From the IMG/VR virus record IMGVR_UViG_3300027278_000012, positions 1 through 64,000 of that record: a stretch of 64,000 nucleotides of DNA; one strand, given 5' to 3'. The notes beneath the pieces were generated by a model. It ran no database searches and was not told the DNA's origin. It saw only the letters and a list, made by a program, of their open reading frames with translations. The number at the start of each line of letters is the position of its first letter. Positions within the stretch are counted from its first letter, which is position 1. This DNA is from a virus. Lineage: Duplodnaviria > Caudoviricetes. Positions 39,334 through 47,829 of this stretch are shown piece after piece. Position numbers and translations under genes: made by a program.

Positions 39334-39752
39334 TGGTAACAAGTGCACAAGCTTTAAAGAAATACGGAGACCCAACTAAAGAATCTAGTATGACATTATG
39401 GGATGTACCAAAAGAATTAGAAATTGGTGTACTCCCTAAGAGATTGTATTGTAATAAAGATATGATCCTACCATTAACGAAAGCTTTTAAAAATCTTATA
39501 TCTACAGGATGTGTTAAAGAATTAAAAACTTGGGATGGATGTTTCAATATAAGAAAGAAAAGAGGACTTGCATCAATGTCATTACATTCATGGGGAATAG
39601 CTATTGATGTAAACGCTGCATGGAATGGATTAAACAAGGAGCCACAATTGAGTAAAGAGTTTGTTAATTGTTTTACATTAGCAGGATTTGATTGGGGTGG
39701 AACTTGGACTGGTAGGGTCGATGGTATGCATTTTCAGTTAAAGACTATATAA
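39333..39752 (+). CDS. Endolysin, M15-family peptidase
   Basis: FNIRKKR...SLHSWGIAIDVN...WGGTW...DGMHFQL. Confidence 0.9.
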   Translation: MVTSAQALKKYGDPTKESSMTLWDVPKELEIGVLPKRLYCNKDMILPLTKAFKNLISTGCVKELKTWDGCFNIRKKRGLASMSLHSWGIAIDVNAAWNGLNKEPQLSKEFVNCFTLAGFDWGGTWTGRVDGMHFQLKTI

Positions 39753-40273
39753 TGAAAAATAGAGAAGGTTATAGAGTATGTTCTTGTTGTAAGAAAGAAC
39801 AAGAGCTTATTTCTACTAACTTCTGTTCAGATAAAAACAGAAAATCTGGATTTTCTTATAGATGTAAAAAATGTGATGCTATTAAAAAAGATAATAGAAA
39901 AGAAAGATATAAAAAACTATCTGAAGAACAGAAAGAAGTATATAAAAGTAAAAATAGAAAATATACATCGGAAGGTTTGGGAAGAGCAACTTCACTAATA
40001 TGTGCTTATAGAAAAGTAGATAAGAAAAAAGGACAAGTTTGTAATTTAGATAGAGAGTTTATGATGACTCAAATTTTTAATAAGTCTTGTATTTACTGCA
40101 AGTCTATACAAAATATAGGTTGTGATAGAATTGATAACACTATAGGACATATAAAAACAAATGTAGTACCTTGTTGCAGAATTTGTAATACAACAAGAAT
40201 GAATAATTTTTCACATGAAGAAATGTTTTTATTAGGAGAAGTTATTCAGAAGATTAATAAAAACAAAAAATAA
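39752..40273 (+). CDS. HNH-type homing endonuclease with an N-terminal Zn finger
   Basis: CSCC...CKKC at the N-terminus; CIYC...GCDRIDNTIGH...NVVPCCRICN at the C-terminus. Confidence 0.8.
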   Translation: MKNREGYRVCSCCKKEQELISTNFCSDKNRKSGFSYRCKKCDAIKKDNRKERYKKLSEEQKEVYKSKNRKYTSEGLGRATSLICAYRKVDKKKGQVCNLDREFMMTQIFNKSCIYCKSIQNIGCDRIDNTIGHIKTNVVPCCRICNTTRMNNFSHEEMFLLGEVIQKINKNKK

Positions 40274-40728
40274 TGAGAAGATGTAATGATGTATATGAAA
40301 TAGTAACTGTTTACTATCCCACTGGCTGTGTTAATACAACTAGTACACCTACATCAACTACAACAACTACATTACCACCAACTACTACCACAACAAGTAG
40401 TTCCACTAGCACTAGCACAAGTACATCAACATCTACATCAACAAGTAGTACAACTACAACCACAACAACAAGTAATTATAATTCATATAATTATCAAGCA
40501 CAATATTATGATTGTGATACATGTGTTAATATTGGAGGACTATCTTTAGCTAATATTGAACCTTTAACAGTTGGAAAGTGGTATAATTATACTAATAGTA
40601 TTACTAACATTTCAAGAAAAGTACAAATAGTTACATATCTAGGACCTAGTTTAAGTTCACCTAATACTATTATATTAGATTCAACTAAACAAGATACATG
40701 TGGTGCACTGCCACCATGTCCAGAATAA
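40273..40728 (+). CDS. Thr/Ser-rich (mucin-like) Cys-containing protein, probable virion decoration
   Basis: About 45-residue Thr/Ser/Pro tract flanked by Cys; no signal peptide. Confidence 0.6.
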   Translation: MRRCNDVYEIVTVYYPTGCVNTTSTPTSTTTTTLPPTTTTTSSSTSTSTSTSTSTSTSSTTTTTTTSNYNSYNYQAQYYDCDTCVNIGGLSLANIEPLTVGKWYNYTNSITNISRKVQIVTYLGPSLSSPNTIILDSTKQDTCGALPPCPE

Positions 40729-40741
40729 ATAATTTAAAACC

Positions 40742-40879
40742 ATGGCAAAACAAACCAATTCAGTACAAAAGAGAGTGAAGGTTAAAATAAGTAGACCAGG
40801 CATTCATTCTAAAAACAAAACATCTAAACTTAAATCTTCCAAGAATTACAAAAAAAGTTATTCTGGGCAAGGTAGATAA
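40742..40879 (+). CDS. Small basic protein (45 aa), missing from the ORF track
   Basis: MAKQTNSVQKRVKVKISRPGIHSKNKTSKLKSSKNYKKSYSGQGR; A-rich leader. Confidence 0.7.
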   Translation: MAKQTNSVQKRVKVKISRPGIHSKNKTSKLKSSKNYKKSYSGQGR

Positions 40880-40966
40880 CTTTTTTGATTATTTTAATTC
40901 ATTAACAATCATGTATGTTTACATAAATTATTCATATTTTTGTAACTACCAAACAAACAATCAATT

Positions 40967-41110
40967 ATGGCAATACCAGCTAAACAAGTCGGACAATCAG
41001 CGGAAGCTAATCTATTGTGGCAAATATCTAAGCAGTTGGAACTTTTAATTAAAGTGACAGCAGCTGGTGTAATCACTACCACCACTACTACAACTACAGC
41101 AGCACCATAA
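40967..41110 (+). CDS. 47-aa protein made of a shared N-terminal module plus a poly-Thr tail, missing from the ORF track
   Basis: MAIPAKQVGQSAEANLLWQISKQLELLIKVTAAGVITTTTTTTTAAP, paralogous to the N-terminus of the next gene. TATTTTTG (-7-like) lies at 40935-40942. Confidence 0.8.
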   Translation: MAIPAKQVGQSAEANLLWQISKQLELLIKVTAAGVITTTTTTTTAAP

Positions 41111-41120
41111 TAATATAAAA

Positions 41121-41846
41121 ATGGCTATACCAAGTAAACAAATAGGTGGAAGTATAAACTATAATCTTCTTTGGCAGATATCTAAGCAATTAGAAAGATT
41201 AATTGAAGTTAGATCAAATGTTACTACATCTACTACTAGCACATCAACAAGTACAACCACTAGCACAACTACATTAGATCCTAATCTTATACCTATAGGT
41301 ACCCAAATATGGACTAATAGAAACCTTGATGTTACAACATATAGAAATGGTGATGTGATTCCTCAAGTAACAGATCCAACTGCTTGGGGAGCATTAACAA
41401 CTGGTGCCTGGTGTTATTACAACAATGACCCTACAAATAATGCAGTTTATGGTAAATTATACAATTGGTATGCTGTTAACGATGCAAGAGGATTAGCACC
41501 TTTAGGCTATCATATACCTTTAAATAGTGAGTGGACAACATTGATTTCATTTTTAGGAGGGACAAGTATTGCAGGAGGGAAAATGAAATCAACAGGAACG
41601 TCACTTTGGCTAAGTCCTAATACTAATGCAACAAACTCTAGCGGTTTTACAGGTCTTCCTGGAGGTTATCGCGTCAGTGATGGTAGTATATTCTACGGCA
41701 TTGGTGAGACCGTTTACTGGTGGACTTTTTCGCAGTCCAATATTATAAACGCAGTGACCAGGTTCCTGGTTTACTATGCTGGTGCTATTAGTGTTACCAC
41801 CTACGATAAGAAAGGTGGTTTCCCAGTAAGATTAATAAAAGATTAA
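41121..41846 (+). CDS. FISUMP (Fibrobacter succinogenes major paralogous) domain protein with a shared N-terminal module and Thr linker; candidate DGR target
   Basis: IGTQIWTNRNLDV...YGKLYNWYAV...HIP...EW...GFTGLPGGYR...YWW...GFPVRLIKD. Confidence 0.85.
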   Translation: MAIPSKQIGGSINYNLLWQISKQLERLIEVRSNVTTSTTSTSTSTTTSTTTLDPNLIPIGTQIWTNRNLDVTTYRNGDVIPQVTDPTAWGALTTGAWCYYNNDPTNNAVYGKLYNWYAVNDARGLAPLGYHIPLNSEWTTLISFLGGTSIAGGKMKSTGTSLWLSPNTNATNSSGFTGLPGGYRVSDGSIFYGIGETVYWWTFSQSNIINAVTRFLVYYAGAISVTTYDKKGGFPVRLIKD

Positions 41847-41868
41847 AAACATAATAAACCAACTACAT

Positions 41869-42885
41869 ATGAAAGATTTAAAATTTGTACAAAGCTGCCC
41901 AAGTGATGTATATTACACATGGCAAGTGCATTTATGGCTTGAGAGCTTAAGAAACATTGGACATAGTGATAAAGCTATATCAGTGATATTCACACCCAAG
42001 GGGAGAGAGAATAGAGACAAATGGAAACAGATAGAAGACCTCTATCCAGAATCAGAGTTTCATTATTATAATGATGAAGACAATTTAAATCAACTGTTAG
42101 GAATATACATTCCTGTACTAAGACCATATGTACTTTGGAAACATTTTAAAGCTAATCCAGAACTAAGTGAGAAAGCAATATTCTATTGTGATTCAGATAT
42201 TCTATTCACTAAAGATTTTAATGTAGACAAGTTCTTAGATGATGAGGTTAATTATCTATCTGATACAAACAGCTACATCAATGCTACATATTTTGATAGT
42301 AAAGAAAGAGATGTTCTCCCAGAGAAGCTAGAAGCATACAAAACAAGAGATGTTCTTGGAGAAATAGCTAGTGTTATTGGTATAGATAGAGCAACATGTG
42401 AAGCTAACAACCTACACTCAGGAGGAGCACAATATCTACTAAAGAATGTAGATGGTGAGTTCTGGAGTAAGGTGATGAATGATTGCATTCTTATTAGAAC
42501 CTATTTACAAACAGTGAATAGAGAATATTTTAAAGATGAGAATACAGGTTATCAATCATGGTGTGCAGATATGTGGGCTGTTCTTTGGAACTTATGGTTT
42601 AGAGAACAAGAAACAAAAGTGGTTCCTGAACTAGCATTTACCTGGGCAACAGATCCTATATCTAAACTAGACAGTCATACAATCTTTCATAATGCAGGAA
42701 TAACAGGAGTATCAATGAATGGATATCCTTGTTTCTACAAAGGAAAATATCATCAAGGGACTGATCCTACAAAGGATCCACATTTAGATGATGTATTAAA
42801 TAACATAGAATCACAGAAGTATTGCACATGGTTCTATGCAAACGAACTTAACAACATAAAACAAAAATATAAACTTAATTATTAA
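41869..42885 (+). CDS. GT-A glycosyltransferase resembling plant peptidyl-Ser galactosyltransferase / hydroxyproline arabinosyltransferase (SERGT/HPAT-like)
   Basis: YYTWQVHLWLESL, Y.PVLRPYVL, FYCDSDILF (DxD), GGAQYLL, WCADMWA and IFHNAG follow the recalled SERGT/HPAT motif order. Confidence 0.65.
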   Translation: MKDLKFVQSCPSDVYYTWQVHLWLESLRNIGHSDKAISVIFTPKGRENRDKWKQIEDLYPESEFHYYNDEDNLNQLLGIYIPVLRPYVLWKHFKANPELSEKAIFYCDSDILFTKDFNVDKFLDDEVNYLSDTNSYINATYFDSKERDVLPEKLEAYKTRDVLGEIASVIGIDRATCEANNLHSGGAQYLLKNVDGEFWSKVMNDCILIRTYLQTVNREYFKDENTGYQSWCADMWAVLWNLWFREQETKVVPELAFTWATDPISKLDSHTIFHNAGITGVSMNGYPCFYKGKYHQGTDPTKDPHLDDVLNNIESQKYCTWFYANELNNIKQKYKLNY

Positions 42886-42902
42886 TAACAAAAACAATTA
42901 TC

Positions 42903-43112
42903 ATGAGTAACAAGAGAGACCTTAAGGCCTATGTAAGATTCGATGGATCTGGCAGAATTGTAGCAGGAAGTTTAGTTCTAAGAAGAAGTAAACCAAAGGT
43001 TGGTAAGTGGCAAGAAATTACAGCATATGAATGTTGTAACTATACACCTACCACTACCACCACAACAACAGCAGCTCCTACAACAACTACAACAACAACC
43101 CCTGCACCTTAA
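42903..43112 (+). CDS. Small protein with a C-terminal double poly-Thr tail
   Basis: Ends ...CCNYTPTTTTTTTAAPTTTTTTTPAP. Confidence 0.75.
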   Translation: MSNKRDLKAYVRFDGSGRIVAGSLVLRRSKPKVGKWQEITAYECCNYTPTTTTTTTAAPTTTTTTTPAP

Positions 43113-43122
43113 TATTTAAATT

Positions 43123-43536
43123 ATGGCAATGAAATCACTATTCCCAGATGAAATGATGGGAGATAAAGGCTCTAGTCTTACATTAGAGACTATTGCAGGA
43201 AAGCTAACTTATTTTCATGAGCAGCTACATTTAACTCATTGGCAAACTAAATCATATGCAGAACATCAAGCTACTGGAGCATTGTATGATTATGTGCACG
43301 ATTTCAAAGATGGATTGATAGAGAAGATTATGGGATATACAGGTAAAAGACCTGGTCCATATAAAATAGAACCTCTTATAAACTGTACAGGAATGCAATG
43401 TGCATCAGATCTTTTATCTTTTGCTTCAGAGTTAAAAGCATATGGTGAAAAGAATTCCTATCATGATGTATGTAATCTAGCAGATTCATTATCTGGAGAA
43501 GCAGCTAAAACTAAATACCTATTAACACTGTCTTAA
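43123..43536 (+). CDS. Ferritin/Dps-like four-helix protein (DUF5856-like)
   Basis: LHLTHWQTKSYAEHQATGALYD...DGLIE. Confidence 0.7.
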   Translation: MAMKSLFPDEMMGDKGSSLTLETIAGKLTYFHEQLHLTHWQTKSYAEHQATGALYDYVHDFKDGLIEKIMGYTGKRPGPYKIEPLINCTGMQCASDLLSFASELKAYGEKNSYHDVCNLADSLSGEAAKTKYLLTLS

Positions 43537-43824
43537 ATGCTTGTAAATAAAAAACATTTTCCAAAATTGATGCAAGATAATGATGAAACATTTCTTGCTC
43601 ATTTGGAAGGTGTAATAAGCTCTGTTGATGAACTGTGTAGTCTGGAGATAACAAAGCTCTCAGACAGCTATAGATTTAGAATAGCAGCAAGCCTTCCTAA
43701 GTATAACAATATGCTTATAGAAGAAGTATTAAAATTTTGCAACATGTTCAACATAAGAGTTGATATGAGCAAAAGCATCAAGACTAGTTCTGTAATAACA
43801 TTTGAAATTAGTTTGGAAGTGTAA
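43537..43824 (+). CDS. Hypothetical protein
   Basis: Intact ORF abutting the upstream stop; no family recognised. Confidence 0.6.
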   Translation: MLVNKKHFPKLMQDNDETFLAHLEGVISSVDELCSLEITKLSDSYRFRIAASLPKYNNMLIEEVLKFCNMFNIRVDMSKSIKTSSVITFEISLEV

Positions 43825-43843
43825 CATATTTGTTATACATTTG
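43812..43843 (+). promoter_or_regulatory. Bacteroidota promoter (-33 TTTG, -7 TACATTTG)
   Basis: TTTG at 43812-43815, a 20-nt spacer, then TACATTTG at 43836-43843, upstream of the ATG at 43876. Confidence 0.75.
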
Positions 43844-43875
43844 TTACAATTATAAACCAATTAAATATTTACATT

Positions 43876-44130
43876 ATGGCAGAGTATAATCCTAACGCTA
43901 GGTATACATGGACTCCTGAAGACAAGTTTGAATTATCAGGACAAGAATTTGGTCTAATCCTTAATATGGTAAGATCTTATTTAGCATCAGAAGATGGCGC
44001 ACGTTTTCAATTGATGTCTCAAACTAACGAAGTTATTGAGAAAATCATGAAAGCTGGTGTTGAAGCAGATGTTATCAAGGAAGTCCTTGACACTCCTACA
44101 GAAGCTCTAGAAGCTGAAGTGATGCAGTAA
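43876..44130 (+). CDS. Hypothetical acidic protein
   Basis: Intact ORF behind a consensus promoter. Confidence 0.65.
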   Translation: MAEYNPNARYTWTPEDKFELSGQEFGLILNMVRSYLASEDGARFQLMSQTNEVIEKIMKAGVEADVIKEVLDTPTEALEAEVMQ

Positions 44131-44189
44131 ATCACAACATACCTGTTGGGTGACGAATAACAGGTGTTCTCGAACAAAAGCACTTCTCT

Positions 44190-44393
44190 ATGAGAATATA
44201 CGAACCAAAGAATAGAATAGATGTTATAACACCTAAGGGAGAGGGGGTAATATGGTTAGTGACTGATTATGGTCATGAAACTGATACTATCTATACAATT
44301 ATTATTAATACAACAGGTGAGATGTGGCAATACGCTCACAAAGATATAATCGTTAAACCTAATATAACATTTAAACGCTATGGCAAAGATTAA
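44190..44393 (+). CDS. Small hypothetical beta-rich protein
   Basis: TPKGEG...TDYGHETD...TGEMW; overlaps the next gene. Confidence 0.6.
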   Translation: MRIYEPKNRIDVITPKGEGVIWLVTDYGHETDTIYTIIINTTGEMWQYAHKDIIVKPNITFKRYGKD

Positions 44394-44814
44394 AAAAGCA
44401 CAAACAGGTAAAAAATTAACTGTTTCTAAAACTAGACAAGTAGCAGATTCTTTAGATAATGAAGCAGCTAGAAAAACTAGATTGATGTATAGACAAACTG
44501 AACAAAATAAAGGACAAGCTACAGATGAATCTGTAAAAAACTACAAGTCATCATCAAAAGATAAATCTAATGCAGATCGTTATAGAAAACTAGCAGATGC
44601 AGCTGAAAAGAAAAATAAAATGAAAAATGGTGGAAGTCTAACTGGACTTAAAGCCTCCAACAAAAGAGTTGGTCCTGTAGATCCTAAAGGAGCATACACA
44701 AAGGTACAAAAGAAAACATTAGCTGGTGCTAAAGGAAAAGCTTCTCTTACCAAAGACAAACAACTTGGTGCTACAAAAATGGCTAAATGTGGAACTAAAA
44801 TGTCTAAGAAATAA
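44380..44814 (+). CDS. Small Lys-rich protein with KKAQTG/MKNGG/AKCG motifs
   Basis: Very basic; motifs visible in the translation. Confidence 0.7.
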   Translation: MAKIKKAQTGKKLTVSKTRQVADSLDNEAARKTRLMYRQTEQNKGQATDESVKNYKSSSKDKSNADRYRKLADAAEKKNKMKNGGSLTGLKASNKRVGPVDPKGAYTKVQKKTLAGAKGKASLTKDKQLGATKMAKCGTKMSKK

Positions 44815-45164
44815 TGGCTGCTATTAAGAAAGCGCAGACTGGTAAGCGTGTAGATCCTAAAAAATATTTAGAAGAATCTCGTAAGAGAGTTGAGACTGTT
44901 ACAGATTCTGCTAGAAAAGCTGAAACACGTAAAGGTATCAATACTTATGACGATTACTTAAAGTCTAAAGTTAAAGAAAAATCTAAAGCTAAATCAGGAG
45001 TTACTATAGCCAAAGATGGTATGTGGATGCAAAAAGCTGCAGCATCTATCAAGAAGCGTGGTACTGCTGGTAAATGTACACCTATCACTAAACCTGGTTG
45101 TACTGGTAAGGCCAAGACTCTTGCTAAAACTTTCAAAAAAATTGCTAAGAAAAATAAGAAATAA
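44814..45164 (+). CDS. Small Lys-rich protein with KKAQTG/AKSG/AKDG motifs
   Basis: TAATG-coupled; C-terminal WMQKAAASIKKRG...LAKTFKK. Confidence 0.7.
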   Translation: MAAIKKAQTGKRVDPKKYLEESRKRVETVTDSARKAETRKGINTYDDYLKSKVKEKSKAKSGVTIAKDGMWMQKAAASIKKRGTAGKCTPITKPGCTGKAKTLAKTFKKIAKKNKK

Positions 45165-45406
45165 TGGCAAAGAATATAACTAAGGTTCCTGATGGTCCTC
45201 TTATTAAGAAGACAGGAAAATTCAAAGGAAGTACATTGAAAGCTGGTGGTATGATTAAACGTGCTGATGGTTCTTTTTCTAAACGTGGATTATGGGATAA
45301 TTTGAGAAGCAAAGCAGCTCAGAATAAAAAAACTGGTGCAAAACCTAAAGCTCCTACTAAAGCAATGTTGACTCAGGAGAAAAAAATAAAGTCTAAAGGA
45401 AAATGA
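45164..45406 (+). CDS. Small Lys-rich protein (GLWDNL motif)
   Basis: TAATG-coupled; LKAGG motif. Confidence 0.7.
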   Translation: MAKNITKVPDGPLIKKTGKFKGSTLKAGGMIKRADGSFSKRGLWDNLRSKAAQNKKTGAKPKAPTKAMLTQEKKIKSKGK

Positions 45407-46026
45407 TATTAGATATTAGTAATGAGCATAAACAAAAATACTTTTCTCAGAAAGAGAAAGGAGGAGTTGTTTATAAAATCACTAATCAAATTGATGGTAA
45501 GTTCTATATAGGAAGTACAAACAATTTGATAAAAAGATATTACACTCATATTAATCATATAAGAACTAGTAAATCTACATGTGTAAAACTAATTAGAGCA
45601 GTTAATAAGCATGGAGAAGATAACTTCACATTTGAAATTTTATGTGAATGTTCTACTCAAGAAATACTAAAGACTGAACAAAGTTATATAGATAGTTTAA
45701 ATCCTACTTATAACATTGCTAAGATTGCTGGAAGTAATCTTGGAATCAAAAGAACAGAAGAAGTTAAGCTTAAAAAATCTATATCTCAAAAAGAAAATTG
45801 GAAAGATGATGATTATAGAAGTAAGCATTTAAAAAATTTATCAAAGAATTGGAAAAGTGGAGCTTCTCATAGAATGGCTAAGCTTACAGAAAAACAAGTA
45901 ATTGAAATTAAAAAACAATTAGCAAGTGGTCTTCTTCCTAAACAGGTAGCAGACAAACTTGAACTTAGTTATTACTCTATAAAAGATATTCATAGAGGAA
46001 AGACTTGGAAAAATATAAATATTTAA
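45403..46026 (+). CDS. Free-standing GIY-YIG homing endonuclease with a C-terminal HTH
   Basis: GVVYKITN...FYIGST...KRYYTH; YNIAKIAGSNLG; AKLTEKQVIEIK...GKTWK. Confidence 0.9.
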   Translation: MILDISNEHKQKYFSQKEKGGVVYKITNQIDGKFYIGSTNNLIKRYYTHINHIRTSKSTCVKLIRAVNKHGEDNFTFEILCECSTQEILKTEQSYIDSLNPTYNIAKIAGSNLGIKRTEEVKLKKSISQKENWKDDDYRSKHLKNLSKNWKSGASHRMAKLTEKQVIEIKKQLASGLLPKQVADKLELSYYSIKDIHRGKTWKNINI

Positions 46027-46038
46027 AACTAAGAAATA

Positions 46039-46308
46039 ATGGCAACAGCAGCATGGACTCGTAAAGAAGGAAAGAATCCTTCTGGCGGATTAAACAAAAA
46101 GGGTGTAGCTTCATATAGAGCTGCTAATCCTGGTAGTAAATTAAAAATGGCTGTTACAACTAAACCTTCTAAACTTAAACCTGGAAGTAAGTCTGCTAAC
46201 AGAAGAAAATCTTTTTGTGCTAGAATGGGTGGCGTAAAAGGACCTATGAAGAAACCCAGTGGTAAACCTACACGTAAAGCATTAGCATTAAAAAAATGGA
46301 ACTGTTAA
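46039..46308 (+). CDS. DUF6321-like small basic phage protein
   Basis: AWTRKEGKNPSGGLN...RRKSFCARM...ALKKWNC. Confidence 0.7.
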   Translation: MATAAWTRKEGKNPSGGLNKKGVASYRAANPGSKLKMAVTTKPSKLKPGSKSANRRKSFCARMGGVKGPMKKPSGKPTRKALALKKWNC

Positions 46309-46372
46309 ACAAAAATGGGAAGCCTGGTCCTCCCCCTCCTCCTGGATTATAACAACTAAACAATAATATATT

Positions 46373-46933
46373 ATGGCAACAATAAAAAAAGCACAAAGCG
46401 GTGCTAAAACTACTAAAAAACCTAAAACTGTTTCTCAAAGAATTGGAGACATAACATTAAGAGATGTTAAAAATGCTGGCGAAGATGCCTTGAATATTTC
46501 TACACTTGGAGGTTATAGTAAAGTTAAAAAAGCTCTTGGAGGTGAATATAAATATAAAAAAATAGGAGAAAAAAAGAACGGTGGTCCTGTCAAAGCTAAA
46601 AATGGTAAATCATTCCCTGATCTTAATAAAGATGGAAAGGTTACAAAAGCAGACATCCTTAAAGGACGTGGTGTTATAGCTAAGAAAGGTGCTACAATTA
46701 AGAAAGCACAATCTGGTATTAATACATTATTACCTGGTGGGTATGCTCCTAAATCAAGAGAAGAAAGATACAACAACTATCCTAGTACAAAACCTAAACC
46801 TAAAGCTAAACCTAAAGCTAAATCTACTATTGAAGAAGCAACTCCTGAACAAGTAAAAAAATATGGAATGATGGGTTCACAACAGGCTAAATCAGGAGCT
46901 AAAATGAAAAAATGTAAAACTGGTTGTAAATAA
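46373..46933 (+). CDS. Lys-rich protein with repeated KKAQSG/AKNG motifs and an EF-hand-like FPDLNKDGKVTKAD segment
   Basis: Motifs visible in the translation. Confidence 0.7.
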   Translation: MATIKKAQSGAKTTKKPKTVSQRIGDITLRDVKNAGEDALNISTLGGYSKVKKALGGEYKYKKIGEKKNGGPVKAKNGKSFPDLNKDGKVTKADILKGRGVIAKKGATIKKAQSGINTLLPGGYAPKSREERYNNYPSTKPKPKAKPKAKSTIEEATPEQVKKYGMMGSQQAKSGAKMKKCKTGCK

Positions 46934-47094
46934 TGACTTCTGGTAAAGCAAAGAAATCAGGAGCACCAAGAAAAGCTCCTAAGGTTGGAATTCCTAGAAA
47001 GGATAAACCTTTTTCAAAGACTAAGTCAATGGATGATAAAGCTATTAGAACTTCTCCGCAACAACCAATGAAGCAAAAGAGATTATCAAAATAA
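46933..47094 (+). CDS. Small basic protein (53 aa), missing from the ORF track
   Basis: MTSGKAKKSGAPRKAPKVGIPRK...; TAATG-coupled and ends just before the terminator. Confidence 0.6.
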   Translation: MTSGKAKKSGAPRKAPKVGIPRKDKPFSKTKSMDDKAIRTSPQQPMKQKRLSK

Positions 47095-47098
47095 AAGA

Positions 47099-47124
47099 AA
47101 GCCCTTCTATTTCTAGAGGGGCTT
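47099..47124. terminator. Bidirectional terminator at the convergence of the late (+) and early (-) arms
   Basis: AAGCCCTTCTA-TTTC-TAGAGGGGCTT hairpin with one G-U pair. Confidence 0.75.
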
Positions 47125-47199
47125 CTTCATTTAATAGAATTGTAGTTCTATTAGCCAACATTTATTTGTTTTCACGAAGTTCAAATATACAACATTTAT

Positions 47200-47829
47200 T
47201 TATATATTATTTAATTTTTTTAATTTACTTCCCCAAGATGATATCCCTGAAGCATGATTTAAATAGTATTCCCATTCTTCTGGTATCTCATTCAAATACC
47301 AAGGGACATGCTTGATACAATAAGGCTTATCTAATCTGATTGCTTTATATGTGAACGGTGAGTTAGGTGGATACAATGCAAATGTAGTATCTATATCAGC
47401 AATCCAACCATGTTCATTTTTGTTAATCCAAAACTTACTCTCCCACTCTATTATATTCTGTTTTAGAGGTGTTTCAGGAAGATCTAAATCTAAAGAGAAT
47501 CCAACCTTCACATTGTTTTTTGCAATGTTTAACATTACATCTAACCAATCATCTGGAACTCCTTCATAAGAACAATCTGAATCAGCTATTATAAAATAAT
47601 CTGTCAAGTGTTGTTTTAAATCATTTCCCCAAACACTATGAGGACCTCCATTCACTTTAGAATATACAATCTCTACAGGACAAGTTTTATAGTATTCTAA
47701 TAATGGTGGGTATGTAGATTGTTGATCATATATAATCACATCTATTCTACTCTCTTTAGATAAGAACTCTACTGTTTCTTTTAATGTAGTTAGAAGATTT
47801 CTATTTACTATTATTGCTTTCACTGACAA
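47200..47829 (-). CDS. GT-A/GT2-like glycosyltransferase
   Basis: N-terminal IIVNRN, IIYDQQSTYP, and DxD-like IIADSD. Confidence 0.7.
   Translation of the reverse strand: MSVKAIIVNRNLLTTLKETVEFLSKESRIDVIIYDQQSTYPPLLEYYKTCPVEIVYSKVNGGPHSVWGNDLKQHLTDYFIIADSDCSYEGVPDDWLDVMLNIAKNNVKVGFSLDLDLPETPLKQNIIEWESKFWINKNEHGWIADIDTTFALYPPNSPFTYKAIRLDKPYCIKHVPWYLNEIPEEWEYYLNHASGISSWGSKLKKLNNI

Noticed and set aside
44137-44170. ACCTGTT/AACAGGT hairpin between small genes
   Set aside because: A single short stem without a U-tract or recurrence; not enough to call a terminator or ncRNA.
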